A program made the translations under genes and the position numbers. The notes under the pieces are model-generated. The model was given only the letters and a program-made list of their open reading frames with translations, ran no database searches and was not told the origin of the DNA. A DNA stretch of 62,258 bases, filler included, from Choristocarpus tenellus KU-1152 (taxonomy: Eukaryota; Protista; Phaeophyceae): the NCBI GenBank assembly GCA_964200185.2. It is 11 parts of 11 records of this genome, joined end to end, with 100 filler letters (N's around TTAATTAATTAA, not from the genome) between each part and the next. Parts side by side here need not be neighbours in the genome. Positions count along the whole stretch, not along the records: positions 58,301 to 62,258 come from CAXNAD020016936.1; 10 more parts are not named here. One strand, given 5' to 3'. Shown here in pieces: positions 61,691 through 62,258 of this stretch. Every line of letters begins with the position of its first letter. Within the stretch, counting starts at the first letter, position 1.

Positions 61691-62258
61691 TTCATATCAC
61701 ATGCCCCGGTACACAAAGAACATAATTGACGTACCCCAAAAATACACAAACGCGAATGCAATACACCTGTCGCCAACTCATCCCCTCGCACCCCCTTAAC
61801 TCACATAGAATTCATACAAGTACTTATCCCTTCACACCCCTCCCCAAATGACGAGGCCCTCTCCGTCAATTGACAATCACATATTGCTTAATGCTGGAAA
61901 TGATAAACCCTAAACCCCTACCTCAATTAACATTAATCCCACTTCATGAAGGCGATAAACCCACAAGAGATGAACCAACCCAATCCACACTACACAACAA
62001 ATCAACAACCAAAACACCCCACCCCAGAAATCGACCTCCAAAAAGGCTACTTTTCCAACATCTAAAGCGCCAAAGCACATACACTAGAAGCAGACTATGC
62101 AATATTCCACCAAAAAAAGACCAACCAGACATTTCAATATGCATTTTTCACAACATTTTCATATAATTTTCCAACACTTATACAAGGGCCCATTTGGACG
62201 CCCAAGTGTAATCCCCCCCCCCCCCCTCCCCCCAGACACTTTGGCCCAATGAGAAAGG

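Overview
Eukaryotic, intron-rich, transposon-littered DNA, most likely a brown alga or close photosynthetic stramenopile (inference from short GT-AG exons, a bipartite plastid-targeting presequence, RTE-like LINE remnants and many interstitial TTAGGG tracts). The window is not one locus: it is 11 contigs joined by artificial 100-bp spacers (N44-TTAATTAATTAA-N44), so adjacency across spacers is uninformative. Manual splicing recovers nine partial genes that the ORF track mostly misses: AAGAB/p34 (-) with a La-motif protein (+), a PPR protein (-) with Derlin (+), clathrin heavy chain exon 1 (-) with a nucleotide-sugar transporter (+), a WW-domain protein (-) with a SAM-like protein (+), and a probably plastid-targeted nitroreductase (+). 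Eight of the nine sit in four head-to-head pairs. Mobile DNA includes the 5' half of a Ty3/Gypsy element and its cognate solo LTR (4-bp TSD), a Gypsy integrase fragment, Gag zinc-knuckle, pogo-like and LINE remnants, and two abundant MITE families sharing AAAGTATCT termini. The most notable signal is short, in-register telomeric insertions (TTAGGG) inside two MITE copies, where sister copies show the pre-insertion state; this pattern is expected from telomerase-assisted repair of internal breaks. No CRISPR array, rRNA or tRNA gene could be supported.
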